Shown piece by piece: positions 34,347-47,511 of a stretch of 64,000 nt of DNA. The DNA is from Balanoglossus misakiensis. Its lineage: Eukaryota > Animalia > Hemichordata. Both the position numbers and the translations under genes were made by a program. Every line of letters begins with the position of its first letter. Positions within the stretch are counted from its first letter, which is position 1. Where the stretch lies: contig CM082580.2 in the NCBI GenBank assembly GCA_040954595.2, positions 14,646,389 through 14,710,388 on the forward strand. The letters run 5' to 3'. Under the pieces are notes generated by a model. That model did not search any database and was not told where the DNA came from. It saw only the letters and a program-made list of their open reading frames with translations.

Positions 34347-35421
34347 AGGCGGTAGGGCCCTACCGAGCAAAAATCAATAAAATGTGGGCGTGGCTAAAGC
34401 TCTGACGCCACTATTTATTGTTACAACAATTGACCTCAAATGGGCATCCGGCGCCCGCCAAAAGCAAACACCGATCCAGCTAGTTCTTACGTACCCGCGG
34501 AACGCGTTGTCAGCTGAATCTATCATGTCGACACGAATTATCAAGATAGCGGTCACTGAAGAGCAGGAGAAAGGACTGGCAATTTTCTCTGCCGAGCTTT
34601 CGGTCATCGACCGGCAGGGGCACATAAGTTCACCTGCTGCGACCGCGGGGGTTAGTACCGTGCGTGGTATCGGCTACCGGCGAGTTTGACGCGGGGGACA
34701 CTGCCGGTCTATCTGATGCAGCAGCCGTCGAAGTAAACACCGTGTCCATGAGCACATCGGCTTCCGGAGATTCGGTCAACTCCTGTGAATTTTGTTTTTG
34801 TTCGCAATGTGTTACCACACATAGGCAGTCTTGGCTAGTCCGTGGTCTCTACCCGAATTTACCCGGTGTTTCTTACGTTGGGCATGAATATGGCACTGAT
34901 GAGGCTTTCCCCTCTTCACTTTGTACGGTTGGTACACAAATACAAACGGTCCTTTTCAGGACCAACACAATTTCCAAGAAGAGAACTACCGATTTTATTG
35001 ATGTGTGCATGTTCATGTGTGATAAATTTGGTATGATCATATCCCCATTTTCAGGTCACGCACACTTTGCAATCAACGCCAAAATGTATCAATGGTGCCC
35101 AATTTTGATTTGCATAATATGTCAATCACGCAGATTCAAACTGAACATCGTACCGATATACCGGTCATATCTTGGGGACAAAATGATTTCATCTTCGGTT
35201 TTCGAAAGTATTTTCAAATTGTATTGCACCAGAAACCGCGGATGTCGTGCTGAATAAACTCATGCACTCCTTTCTGAATTTAGAGACAAAAAAAAATCAT
35301 CAGTAGACCTAAATTTACTGTCTTTTATGGACAACGTCCGTTCTGTTGTTAGTGAGTTTGAATCTCCCACCATTATGCCAACTCTCGCGTGCTCTCGCGC
35401 TTTTATACGGGAGTTCCGCCT
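34347..35421 (+). mobile_element. Non-autonomous Kolobok-type element with decayed internal ORF
   Basis: TTAA|AGGCGG ... CCGCCT|TTAA (TTAA TSD, RR termini); GC/CpG-rich interior with a coding remnant at about 34525-34900. Confidence 0.7.
34525..34900 (+). pseudogene. Frameshifted, internally deleted transposon-borne ORF (CxxCxCxxC motif fused to VRGLYPNLPGVSYVGH)
   Basis: ORF 34384..34689 (MSTRIIKIAVTEEQEKGLAIF...) shifts frame into ORF 34664..35257 (CEFCFCSQCVTTHRQSWL|VRGLYPNLPGVSYVGH). Confidence 0.55.
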
Positions 35422-35753
35422 TTAACGTCGTGCAAGCGTTCATGAGTACGGCAAGTGGACCAATTTTGTAACATTTTAGGTAACTTGTTTTTGACGCTCG
35501 CATGACCTGATGTGCTTGCAACATATTGTTTGTTTTACCGCGGAGTCATATTACCGATATAGTTGCCTAGCTACTGCAGATCAATAGCCACTTTTAGCTG
35601 GCATGAGAAATGTTTGCGCGCAGTGCTCGCAACGGCGCGTCTTTCTTGAGTGCAATCATTACAATCTTGCGTGAAAACGTAAATTTTCCATGCTAACGCG
35701 AACCCTGATGGTGAAAAATGGATGACCCTGGTTAGGTTTTGTTTCTAGTTTAA

Positions 35754-36329
35754 AGGTCCCATGTCATGCTTTGGAAAGTTTTCATTTTTCCACGTCAAAA
35801 GCTCACCTAGGGTACCTGTCTATGCATTGCCTATTGTGTCGGTTCCGAAAAATGTGCGCGAATGCCGGAATTTGCCCCCTTTTTTCATGCCTGTGATCAG
35901 GGAGCCACTTCGCACTCGAGCCAGGCGAAGGTATTTGCATATGGACAAACAAGTACACTATGTCGTAGTGTACCATTCTGTTTACAGTAAAGTGTAATTA
36001 GCGGTCCATGAGTAATTAAGTCCACAGACAAAGACAAGCTATATAAACAGTGTTCAAAGCAAAGGAAGCCCTTGCCTCACATTGCAGGCAGAGGATTTAC
36101 AAAGGTGTGAAAGACTATTTGTCCACATCAAGATAAGTCTTCGGCTTAAATTCGAAAAGCCGAAAAAAATTGACTGAGTTGGGTTAGGGGTACACGCCCA
36201 CCCGCCACTTTTACTTGCTTGTTATCTAAGCACAAGGGGCAAAACGCATTGCAAGATAGTAACATACGTTAACTTCAAGACCCAAATAGTGATTTTACGC
36301 GTGGTTGTATAGGGCATGGCATGGGACCT
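35754..36329. mobile_element. Kolobok-type MITE (TTAA TSD)
   Basis: TTAA|AGGTCCCATGTCATGC ... GCATGGCATGGGACCT|TTAA. Confidence 0.85.
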
Positions 36330-37253
36330 TTAAATGCCAGAATTCCACACTTGGGACACTGCCAACATTTTAGAGAGGTTTTGCCCTTTAATTTGAACAC
36401 ATGAAGCGCATTTTCTAATCATGCTGCAAGTATAATCTTGGACAGTATGGGAGAATCGGCTGAATTACCTGTTGATTTTGCACTCGGCTGAAATACTACA
36501 ACGCTCCTTTGATATTCTAGAAATTGCTATGCACTATACTGGTCTGGCAAGCATTTGTTCTCAAATACTCTGCCAAAAAAAGATGCGTACATGAAATGTT
36601 TCATATAAATTGTGCTTTATTTCTCAAATCTACTCGTCTCGCTGTTCTGAATAGGCCTGCTACTCCAGTGTTCTGTGGAAAAATAACTACAAGTTCATGT
36701 GTAATTATTTTATATGCTACTGTCCGCCATTCAGTGTCTCCTATACAACAATAGTCCAATATTTTCTTTTGAAAGGTGCAAGTTGCGTTACAGCTAAAAG
36801 GTCAAAACTTGCATTTAGGACTGTTACAGCAACTATGGCATGTCCATCTTGATGCACTTTTGACTGACCTTGGTGCTGTCGATGGGATGGTGTTGTGGGG
36901 ATGAGTTCCTGACCACCTTTTAAGTTGTCTTGTAATTTGATAATTTTCACAGTGAAACCCTTCACCATCCCCATTCTTTTCTAGGAATTATACTTGTAAA
37001 ATTGAGATTTTTTGTTTTTTTTCTTTGTGCAGTTAGTCAACATAATCTGTATGTGTGTGTGACAGACATTATTACTATTGATTTGTCCCACAACCAAGTT
37101 TTACTTTTCAAAGATAACCAATAATGTACAACCATGTTAACAAATCAAATCATATGCATTTCAATATGCTACACACAGGAGAACAGTAAATGGTACTTGA
37201 TACATTGAACAGGGTCAGTGGGTTAACAGGTGGTACCTCAAACTTTAGTTTAA

Positions 37254-37439
37254 AGGTATACGGTCACCTATGGAAAATTAGCTACAGTTGCCATGGCAAA
37301 TGGAGATCTAGCCAATCACAGAATTTCAGTGGGTGGCACACACGAAAATAAGAGCACTACCATAATGTTCTTTAGAACACTCAAATACGCCATTTCAGCC
37401 ATATATGGTCGTATGTAAATTGGAGGTGACTGTATACCT
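37254..37439. mobile_element. Kolobok-type MITE (TTAA TSD)
   Basis: TTAA|AGGTATACGGTCACCT ... AGGTGACTGTATACCT|TTAA. Confidence 0.85.
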
Positions 37440-38022
37440 TTAATCAAACTCTAAAAGTAAAATGTCATAATGAGGCCAAAACAAACCTTTCAAAGAAAAC
37501 TTGGCATTATCATATCCCATAGTTGCAAAAATAAACCTATGTATTATGACAACACTCAACAGTGCTGTAAATTCAACAATTTCCAAAATTGCATAACGCG
37601 GTGGGGTTCAACAATGCAGTGGTCCCAATTTCCAGATGCACACATGGACTCTACTGATGACAACACTTCAACAATGGGTGATGTCACCTTGCAGTCATGT
37701 TGAATTTATCTAAAGGCTTTTGTCAATGAGTCAGTATTTTTCTTGGGATCATACCTTCAACTTTAAATAAACTTATTTTGCTTTACAAAGGCAGTTAGAG
37801 CAAAGCTTGTATACATGTATTAGAAAGAATGAAAGGAAATGTTTTTTTTGGCCCTTGTGCAGTGACGGAATGTGACACTTCTCAATGTAGATATTTGGCA
37901 TGCATCAAGAAATTATAGGGTAAGTGAAGATTAATGCCACCAACGGCAACAAAAGCACTTCCCTCTTGATAATTAAAGACAACCAACGACTAAGAATATC
38001 ATGCATGACCTCAAGATCACAT

Positions 38023-38687
38023 TATTACACCTCACTCTGTATTCTGTACTTTTGATTGGCTGAAACCGTACCACGTGACATAGAAAAAAACGTGATATTA
38101 CATGGTTGACAGAGTATATGGCCCGTAGGTAGGGCTACGGGCCGGGGATACGCGCGCGCTGAGAGTATATTGCAGGCTGAGAACAGGTTTTAGGTTCTGT
38201 GCATCTTTTCTGCGCATAACAAACTATCGTTCAATGGCTTCCTTCACGGTCAGTCAACTCCCGCATATATGGCTTCAAAGCGACACACAGGATTAACAGC
38301 TGTTCAACTGGACGATATATTACCGCAAACGGACAGTAAATACACCAAAGTCGCAGCCAATTGCAACATCGCGGTTTATCTGAGTTCGAAGTAGGTACAC
38401 TGTACAGCGAGATATTTTAGTTCACTGCAACCAGCATCGTACGAAATGGACGCAACCCTCTATGCTGTGTATGGTCAAATGTTCGGTATAATAAAATTAA
38501 TAACACATGTCATGCTCGGGCAATATCATGATCTTTGGCCTGCCCTCGGGCTGGTGATCTCTGACCATAATATTGATGATGCCCTCTCCTGCGGCTCGGG
38601 CATCATCAATATTATGGTCAGAGATCACCATCCCTCGTGCAGGCCAAAGATCATGATATTGCCCTCGCTAACATGTGTTATTATTTA
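38023..38687. mobile_element. Asymmetric element with a CCAAT/E-box end and a ~185-bp terminal hairpin (Crypton-like, by inference)
   Basis: Left end tattacacc...tttgattggctgaaaccgtaccacgtgac; right end a long palindrome 38499-38683 (aataacacatgt...gggcaatatcatgatctttggcctgc...gcaggccaaagatcatgatattgccc...acatgtgttatt); no TSD seen. Confidence 0.75.
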
Positions 38688-40405
38688 ACTACTACATTCT
38701 TGATATTAATCTGTACAATTCATGATTGCAGAAGACAAAAACAAAATCAGATACAAAATCAGACATTATGGAAGACAACCTGTAACAACCTGCTAGTCTG
38801 ATTTAAAGCCATATCTCTATTTTTCTTAAAAGTGTTGATTACGTAAATATCCCTACATACAACAAATTATACAATGCCAATGGTCAATTTGCCGGTACAA
38901 ATCATCACATACAAATCAATTTCAAATCAAACATTCAGCTGACAAAAAGAAAAGATTGTCAAATGCACAAATGACAGAACCTCAAAAAATAAACTTTTTC
39001 CACAATGTGTGGTTTACTTACAGCAAATTTCTAAGATATAACATTCCCAGGAGTAACCTCCTGAGACAACATAAAACATCGTACTTAATTTCTGTTAAAG
39101 CTTCTCTATGATAGTCTGGCAGCAAGAATGCAGATGCAATTATGTCTGAATGTTTCCATAGTAAGAGAGTTATTATAAAGCACCAATTATTTTTTTTAAT
39201 CTTTGTACCTTCAATCAATATGCTTCAAAAGGAAGTGACTTTTTAAACCATGTTAGAGGACAAACTGCGCAACATAGGGGCACTCTGTACAAATAAACAA
39301 AGAGCAATTAAAGGGACAGTTCACAACTATGTCATATAGGACCCACTGGCAACCACAGACAGGACGTTCCCCAGCCTTCAAATGCATTTGTGTATATCAT
39401 AATGATCACTGATAACAGAATTACCAGCAGTGGCTGTGAATCATTGCACATCAAACTTTTAATACCTTCAGGGAAACTGCTGGAATGCTTTACTCAATCC
39501 GCTAACAATTTAGTTAAGTACAATTCTTGCGGCTTTAATGGCCGACTTTGTCCCTTTAATGGCTGACAAAACTCTAAAAACTGAAAAGGCAATGGGGCAT
39601 ATTGACTGCTCAACACAAACCATATGTGTAATGAAATATATACATTTTGATAAAATCAAAGTGACGTGAACAGTTTCTATGGCATGCATGAAATCTATAA
39701 TTTCTATACAAAATTTCTCGTAATTTTTATTAAGCCATGTCTTCATGATATATATTGTTTCAAGATAAAACAATTTCAATTCTCTATACTTATTTGAAAT
39801 TTAGGAATTAAAAAAAATGCATGTCATAAACAACTATCCTTTAGAGTATGAAATTGTAATGAAAAAAGATACCAGACACACTGCTGTAAATGATCAATAT
39901 TCTACAAACAATTATAGACAATTTAGAATTCTATTGTTTACACTTTCACACCAAGTACAAATGTAATCAATAAAACATTCAAAAAATTAATAGCAGTTGC
40001 AGTGTTCACATTCTTGTTTCTTTACAGCTAAAAAAAATAATAAATAAAATTTCAGCAAATCAAAGAAATATTTTACCACACCCTTTTTCCCAGATTGTTG
40101 TCTTTCATTGTATAAACAGCTGCCTCTGAACATTTAAGGCAAAAATATTCCTACCATATAAGCATAATATATGTACATGTAAATGCTTGAACCACAATTA
40201 AGCTTCTCTCTTTCAGCTCTGAAATATAGTACATTTTTAAGGAACGCTTAAGTACAATTTGCATAAAGTTTTTTTTAACATTCCCTATCTTTAAATCTGG
40301 AGTGAACATCATGGATAATCATTTATTCAAACATGCAACCAATAATATTGCTTGATCATCTTCTGTATTATTGGCTATGTCACATGACACGATTAGATTT
40401 CCTTT

Positions 40406-43400
40406 TTAGCCAGTCAGGGGTTTCAGGTCCACTCGTACTTTTTCATCACAGCTGAGCATTCCAACAGTTGGGAAGAACCCGCCCTGTGGTATCCTGACTT
40501 CCCGTCTTCCAACAGTTTTACCATTCCTTGTGAAGAAAATCTGGTTGAAAAAGAGGAATGCCTTGTTAGTATCATGGCCTGGAATAAAAGTATCCTACTT
40601 CTGATTAGATTGGCAAACAAATGACAATGGGTGATATCAGAAAGAGAAGAACAACCAGTAGTTATGTTTTGTACCCACTCTCACAAGTCTGTTGCTAGCA
40701 TAAAGAGCCACTAGAACAAATCGGTTCTAACCAGTTTGGCAATTTCTGTGTAACCAAAATATAGTACATGTAGTATAATGTGGGTTGGCTCAATGTTTGT
40801 GAACATGTAATGTACACATGACCATTGTGTGAATGCATGAGACACAAACTGCAATGTTCAACTTGCAAGTACACTTAGTCTGTCCTGTAATATTTGAATC
40901 CATTCATACCTGTACTTTGACCCCATCTTCTTTGCCATCCTGATACCACTCTTCATCTTCTGAACTACTGTCTAAGTACTCTTCCAATTCATAAAAATCA
41001 TTGACATGATCATCGTCATGGTGATGACGCCCTGGCTCTTCTGCTCTGTCATCATCACTTTCAATGTCACTATAACAAAGAAGTTACAAACTCAGATGAT
41101 GAGCCTTCACAGGGAAAATTCTGAATTCATGCAGGATATTACTTACACAAACATAATATTTTGGAGTCTAACCTCATAGATGTTGCTGACTCAGTTCAGT
41201 TTTTCCTGAAGATTTTCCCTTCCATTCAATTCATCAGCACTTTGTTATAATTTCTGTCAGGTAGTTTGCCAGATTTTATTAAGCAGTGGTAACTTCATTT
41301 ACATGTACTCATAGATGTCTTAAACACACACTGGATTATATTATCAAATTTATTATGAATTCCAATAAAAAAACAGTAAGGGTTTACTTCTAATGATGAG
41401 TCACAGATGCGGTGATGGCAGAATGAAAGACTCACTGTAAATTCTCACCTTTCAGCTTGGTAATCCCTGGGAAACATAATACCACAACCCATTACATCAC
41501 CTTTATAACATCTAGGTCCAAAGGGATCACCTATACCACTCCCTTTGAAAATTTTACCATCATCTAGTGGGCATGGAGGTGACAGCACACAAAGGAAAAA
41601 ATTAACAAAAAACAACACAGTTTTAGAGGCTGAAATTCAAAATGATACAAACTCTTGAAAATTATACAAAAATTACTATGAAGAACACTAAATGATACAA
41701 AACAATGCGGCATTGCAAGTTGTATGTAATGTTGCATTGTCAACACAGCACAATACAAATGTATCTGTGCAATGGGGACAGCACTTTTTTGGACTGAAAT
41801 CTCTCTAGGCAAAAGACAGTCAAATATACTGTAAAACGGGTTATTTTCGCGATATCAGAAGAGGCACGCGAGGATTAATTTTCGCATTCTTGTATTTCAG
41901 TAACTGCATCGTTATCTCCGAAAAACATTATATTGTACGCTTATTTGTCACATTTGTAGCAAGATTCTTGGCCACAAACCACGATGTTCAAATAAATTGC
42001 ACAATGTGTAATAAAATCATGAAACCGCAACCATATTAAAAAATTACCTGCACTTCCAAACTGAAAACATTTTGTTGCGAGTGTGTTTTGACTATATTTA
42101 GGCAGATTTTTTATTTTCGCATTCTTTTGGCTCTCGCGTATTTTGCGGAAATTTATTGTTCATGAAAATAACGTTTTTACAGTATGCATCTATCACTTAC
42201 CCGCATGATAGGCAATGGACCCTTTATTCCAGCCAGGATGTCTGTGTTTTGGATAGTCTCTATGTGCTAATCCTATGGCTATGTAGCAGTTTTTGCCTGG
42301 GTCTACAATTTCAATTTCAAAGTAATGATTTGTTGGTGTCAGTGGTTTCTTAGCCTGTGCTAAGCCCACATCAGCTATACTGCGGCCCCTGCCAACATAT
42401 TCCAGTGTCTAAAAAACGAAAAGATACTTGACGATTGTAAAATTGTAAAACTTTAGATGAACAAACCGGATCAGCAGAGGGTTGAGAGTACATGTATTAG
42501 CCATGCCTTAACCCTATGAAAATGATAAATGAAAATATTGAACTGAGCACATGGCTGCCATAGCTTCTGATCCTCAGACTCATTTCCCAGTAGTAGAACC
42601 AGTTGCAAAATGCCAGGGACATACACACGGGATGAATAGCAACCGACCCACCAACCAATCGCAGCTCACGTACCATTTGTCACTAACACATAACCAAACA
42701 AATTATTCTTCCTACCTGTCCATTCACTCTGACATCATGCAGTCTGGCCCAATCATCTTCACAGCTGTCAATCATCATGTCCTCCTCTAAGTTCACAAAA
42801 TCAGCGTCCATGTGAAGTCTGACCTCTTCACCAACTGAATGCATCCCAACTGCAGGAAACAACCCGTTGGCTGGCATCGGTGCCATCACGGTGCCAAGCT
42901 GTGCGAGACAGATCAGAAACAACATGCACACCTGTAAAACTAACTTTCAATTTCAACTTATAGTATACAGTGTTTTTGTCAAATTTTATCATATAATGAC
43001 CCTTTTCATTTCATGAAGACTTTGGGCCAACTCCTCTGTCTCAGGCAATACTTAAAGGCACTGAGCACCCCATTTGTGTTAATGTCACGCACGTATATCA
43101 ATGCAATTCATGTAGATCTTTCAATATTTGCACACAAACACAGTGTTGGTTCACTGAAGATGCATGTATTCAGTCGTATCAAATGATTTGAGCAATATGT
43201 GACAGACATGTGCTCACAACTGACACTGAAACTCAACCTGCCATATTGATTTAGTATTTTGCATAACATTGTCCACAAAGGAGAAAACAACATCCTTCCG
43301 GAGAAATTCAACACCAATGATGGCTTATTATGAAGAGAGAATATTCCCAAATCACAAGCATACACAGGGGTTAGAGGTCACTGCACTTATACTGAAAAAT

Positions 43401-46400
43401 ATGATGCTGTACTTTTACACAGAAAATGTAGGCAATAGATTTACATTAAACCCTACTTATCACTATAGTAAGAAAATATCGCATATTTAATACGGAAAAA
43501 GAACAATTTAAAAGTCTGAAAGAGGTGGGTTTAGAGATCTGTCAGTATGATATTATTTTTCACGTTATACCATGTACACATCATGTGGGCAAGAATAAAG
43601 ATCTCCCTTCCAATGGTGTCAACATCTCTCCTTAATTATAATACATACTTCCAATGCAGATCCCAATCTTCTGGGACACTACAAATATATAAATTGCTAT
43701 TAATTCAGCATTTTACCTCACAAACACCTCTTGTTTGTGTCTTGTTAATAATGTAAAAAAGCATGGATCACTCACTTCTTTTCCATTACGAGTGAAGAAT
43801 ACGGGGACTTGTTGTCGGACACCTTCATCGTAGTCGATCTGGTCAAATTTTATACCACAGCCCACTCTGTCCCCGCTCTGGCATTTGGGTCCAAACGGTC
43901 GTCCCTGACCGTTTGCCTTGAATAATCTGCAAAAACAGAACAGGAAAAGCTGCGATTTCAGTAAAAGTGTCTCATACATGATGACAGCGTAGTGGATAAC
44001 TAACTGTCTCTAAAGCCAGCTTCAATGAACACTGTGACTCATCTATAGGGGCAACACTCACAATGGCCACGTCATATTTCGGAAACAACATCTGAATTGC
44101 TTTGACTTCAGGCAAGGCAAGACACTCACAAAATGCAATTTACCTGCTTTAATAACTCAATGTTCCTGAATGGTGAGTCAGGATATAAATCACCAAAAAT
44201 TCCTGAGTTATCACAAGACTGGGTTTTTGATAGGCAATCATACCATCTCTTTAATACTACTAGAGGAACAAAGTGAGCATCCACAGGGATCACGTTTGGA
44301 ATATGTCTTTCTAGATGTCTATTCCTCACATCAGTGTACATGTGTGAAATGCCCCCTAATGCTTTGTTAGTCTTTTGTTCTCTATTGATTTTTTTCAGAA
44401 GTATATAAAATTCCTGCTAGATAAACCTGACAATTGGGGCGGACCTTTGAGGATAGGGTCACTAAAATCAATGATATCTTCAAAATGAATTTGAAGATAT
44501 TTCTTTGTGTAACCAAACTGTTAAAATGTGATTTGAAATGGTTTTCCAGCTACACCCATATCAGTGATATCAATCGTGAACGTGACCTTTGTAAAACACT
44601 GAAGTATCCGTCTGAGTATAAAAGTTGATAATCCCATAGGAATGACCAACACATGTTTTATACATGTATGTTCACACTCTGCTTGGGAAATACTAATCCA
44701 CTAAAAGAATGACAGGCAAATAATTGCAAAGCCCTGTCAAGGTTTGGCCAACATAAACGTAACTGAACAGGCGGGAGTATTTAAGGCAAGCAAAATGCGA
44801 AATTGGTCAGAAAATCAGTATAAATATTTGTGCTGGAAAAATAAAACAACTTTCTGGGGATTCACACCTGAACAACACTTATGCTTGTACACTGCTTTTG
44901 TTCTTTCTTTTGGTTACAACACATGACAAAAGCAGAGCTTTTTAAAATCTCAGACATGGCAGATCAGTAATCAGTAGTGCCTAATCTACAATGGGTTCCC
45001 TATTGTACATGTACTACATACTTTCCATCATCACCATGATAGCCCACAGAATCAGCAAACCATCCTGGTTGTCGCTCCAGTTTATAATCTTTGGGTGCTA
45101 GCCCAACACCAATGGTTCCTAATTCACCAGTGTCAATAATTTCAACCTGTAGGGGAAAAGGCATTAAATGTTAATGTTTTACACCCCTTTCACCGCCATT
45201 TCCTTGTATAAAGTCTAACATTGCTATTGAAAACAATGGAGTTGAACCATTTTGAGTGGCCACGCATTGAAATCTGTGAAATACACACTGAATTTAAAGG
45301 GTGACTGAGGAGCAGTAAGAGAACAAAGAAAATAAGAAATAGTTTTTAATATCAGCAAAATGAAAGGTCCAGAAACAATGTTTTAATCCTGTCTGGCCTT
45401 AAACTACAAATTGTTTCCAAATGGCTGCATACCCTCTGCTTGTCACATCGCATCACCAATGCATTAACCATTTTCACACAATGCACTCCTGAATGCTGAG
45501 TTGTAATGTCAAATAAAACAGCCTATCTGTGTTTTCACAAATTAAATTACTGAATCCATCAGACAAGTCATTGTATATGCACATTTCTTTCAAGGACAGT
45601 AATGTGTACATTTTATTTTATTTCTCCCCACTATCTAAGCACAATGAGATTGTGTTTGTGCGGAAGATACTGTAAAAGCATTAGTGTTTCATTAGGTCTT
45701 AATTTAACTATTTAACTATTTTCATTGATTGATAACATCTGCTAAATTAAATCCCAGTGGAAGTGTAAAAATACAATATAACCCATTGTTTTATAGCTTA
45801 AACTTTAAAAACCTAGCTAATGTGCTCCATACATAAACTGTGAAATTAAATCCTAGTGAAAATTAATGCTTGTACAGTAATGTCATCTCTGGTTCTGATT
45901 CGAATGGGACATCAAAGATCGGCAACAAGTCAAGGTTCATACAGCACTGTAGTTTTAGTTCTTGGCTACGATAATGTTTTTGGGAGTGGATTCAACAACA
46001 ACAACAATTAAACTGATAGATTTGTTTATAATGTGCTTGTAAAGAAATTAGCCAATGATCATTCCTTTTTAATAATACAAGTTATTTCCTCCACTGTATT
46101 TGTATTTGGCTTTTAGTGTATATGTGTACTAAAATATGAGTTAATGTACATGTGTGTTCAGGGACAGCTTCAGATCAATATGCCCTACTCAAGCGTATAG
46201 ATAGTGTGGTTGGAAGTTCAGAGGTTTTTTCATGAAGTCAAAATGTTGCTATGGCATAAAAAGAACACCTCATAAAAAGTAGGAGTCCAAAATAACTAAA
46301 ATGTTTGTACATTTCCAAACATTTATAACTTTCTATTTTTTTTCGTGTACTTTAAGAACACAGTGAGCACCAGCAAAAAGCATGGGGTAGCATCATTATG

Positions 46401-46732
46401 ATTTGTTCAAATTACTTTTTTCTGGTTGGATTCTATTACAAAAAATCCTTCTTACATGGTATCTCACACAAGAGAGTGTGGAAAACCCAACTTACCTCAT
46501 AATAACTGTGCTCTGGTGATAGGGGTTCAGCAGCAATGTACAGACCTACCCTCTGCAACGGATCTGGCTGATAACTGAGCACATCACCCTCAACCAGTAT
46601 CCTCTCATGCCGTACTTTATCTCTGTGGATCTCATAGTCTATCGGATTGGCTCTCCTCGGCCGGCCACCCAGGTGGATCCGGCGTATCCCACCATTCCTC
46701 ACTTGAAGCACTAGTCCGTTACCTAACTCCAT
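40406..46732 (-). CDS. SPRYD3: SPRY domain-containing protein 3 (two SPRY domains), ~437 aa, 8 coding exons
   Basis: Exons (minus) 46732-46496, 45146-45022, 43926-43776, 42898-42716, 42408-42201, 41563-41449, 41069-40910, 40540-40406; phases consistent. Two copies of YYEVEIID/YFEIEIVD...PGW...YH.DDGK.F...FGP.C..GD.(V/M)GCGI...FFTRNGK; acidic insert; C-terminus GFFPTVGMLSCDEKVRVDLKPLTG. Confidence 0.93.
41829..42182. mobile_element. TA-TSD MITE (Tc1/mariner-like) in SPRYD3 intron
   Basis: TA|CTGTAAAACGGGTTATTTTC ... GAAAATAACGTTTTTACAG|TA; internal ttttcgc repeats. Confidence 0.8.
45670..45877. mobile_element. TA-TSD MITE in SPRYD3 intron
   Basis: TA|CTGTAAAAGCATTAGTGTTTCATTAGG ... CCTAGTGAAAATTAATGCTTGTACAG|TA. 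Confidence 0.75.
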
Positions 46733-47163
46733 ACCTTAGAAAAGAAATGTCACACAGAGAGAAAAACAGACATATCTCTAAGAAGGAGATTTCTCATCTT
46801 GTATTGCTTCACACCAGCAGTATTCTGTGCACACAAGATTATATTAGACGGGACAGTCTCAACATATTACAGAGAAGATTTCCCCCGGGGTGAGCATCAC
46901 TTGCATGCTGCCTATCAGTAAATCCCACGTTTTATACGCTGTGTTGAGTCTACTCAATTTACGACCAAATATTACATTACGGTTACACAATCATGTATCA
47001 TACAGCCTCAATTAGTGTCAATCATTTTTTTTTCTGTTGTTGGAGACTCAGTCATCAGTTTCCACTGATAAGAGAGAACAGGTATATTAATCATCTACTG
47101 ACAGCCACTGAATATGTAATCCTGAATACCAACACATGTATGTGAGGGGAATAATAACAAGTA

Positions 47164-47342
47164 CAGTCAAACCTGTGTTAGTGACCACCTCTATATAGTG
47201 ACCACCTCTATATAGTGACCACTTAGTTACAGTCCCTGTGCAATTTACACGTGTATAAATTAACCTGTCTATAAAGACCACCTGTCTATAAAGGCCAGTT
47301 TGGTAAAGTCCCTTGACTGGCCACTATAGACAGGTTTGACTG
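47164..47342. mobile_element. Tc1/mariner-pogo-type MITE
   Basis: TA|CAGTCAAACCTGT ... ACAGGTTTGACTG|TA with internal ~18-bp GACCACCT-containing repeats. Confidence 0.9.
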
Positions 47343-47511
47343 TATGTGTGGTCGAAACTGAATAAAAAATCATCCCAAAAACAATATGTACATATCTGCA
47401 CCTCACTCCCAGTGCATCATTTCAATAAAGTCAAATCAGGGTGTAGGTGGGTTCCATTCACATTTGAAGGATGCTGAAACAGATCTGATGGGGGAGCTAT
47501 CAACCCTTTAC

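Larger units (their letters stand above)
34178..35707. mobile_element. Possible older hAT-like element (CAGGG termini) enclosing the Kolobok-type insertion
   Basis: cagggttggcgctag at 34178 versus ctaacgcgaaccctg ending at 35707 (13/15 inverted match); no intact 8-bp TSD. Confidence 0.4.
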
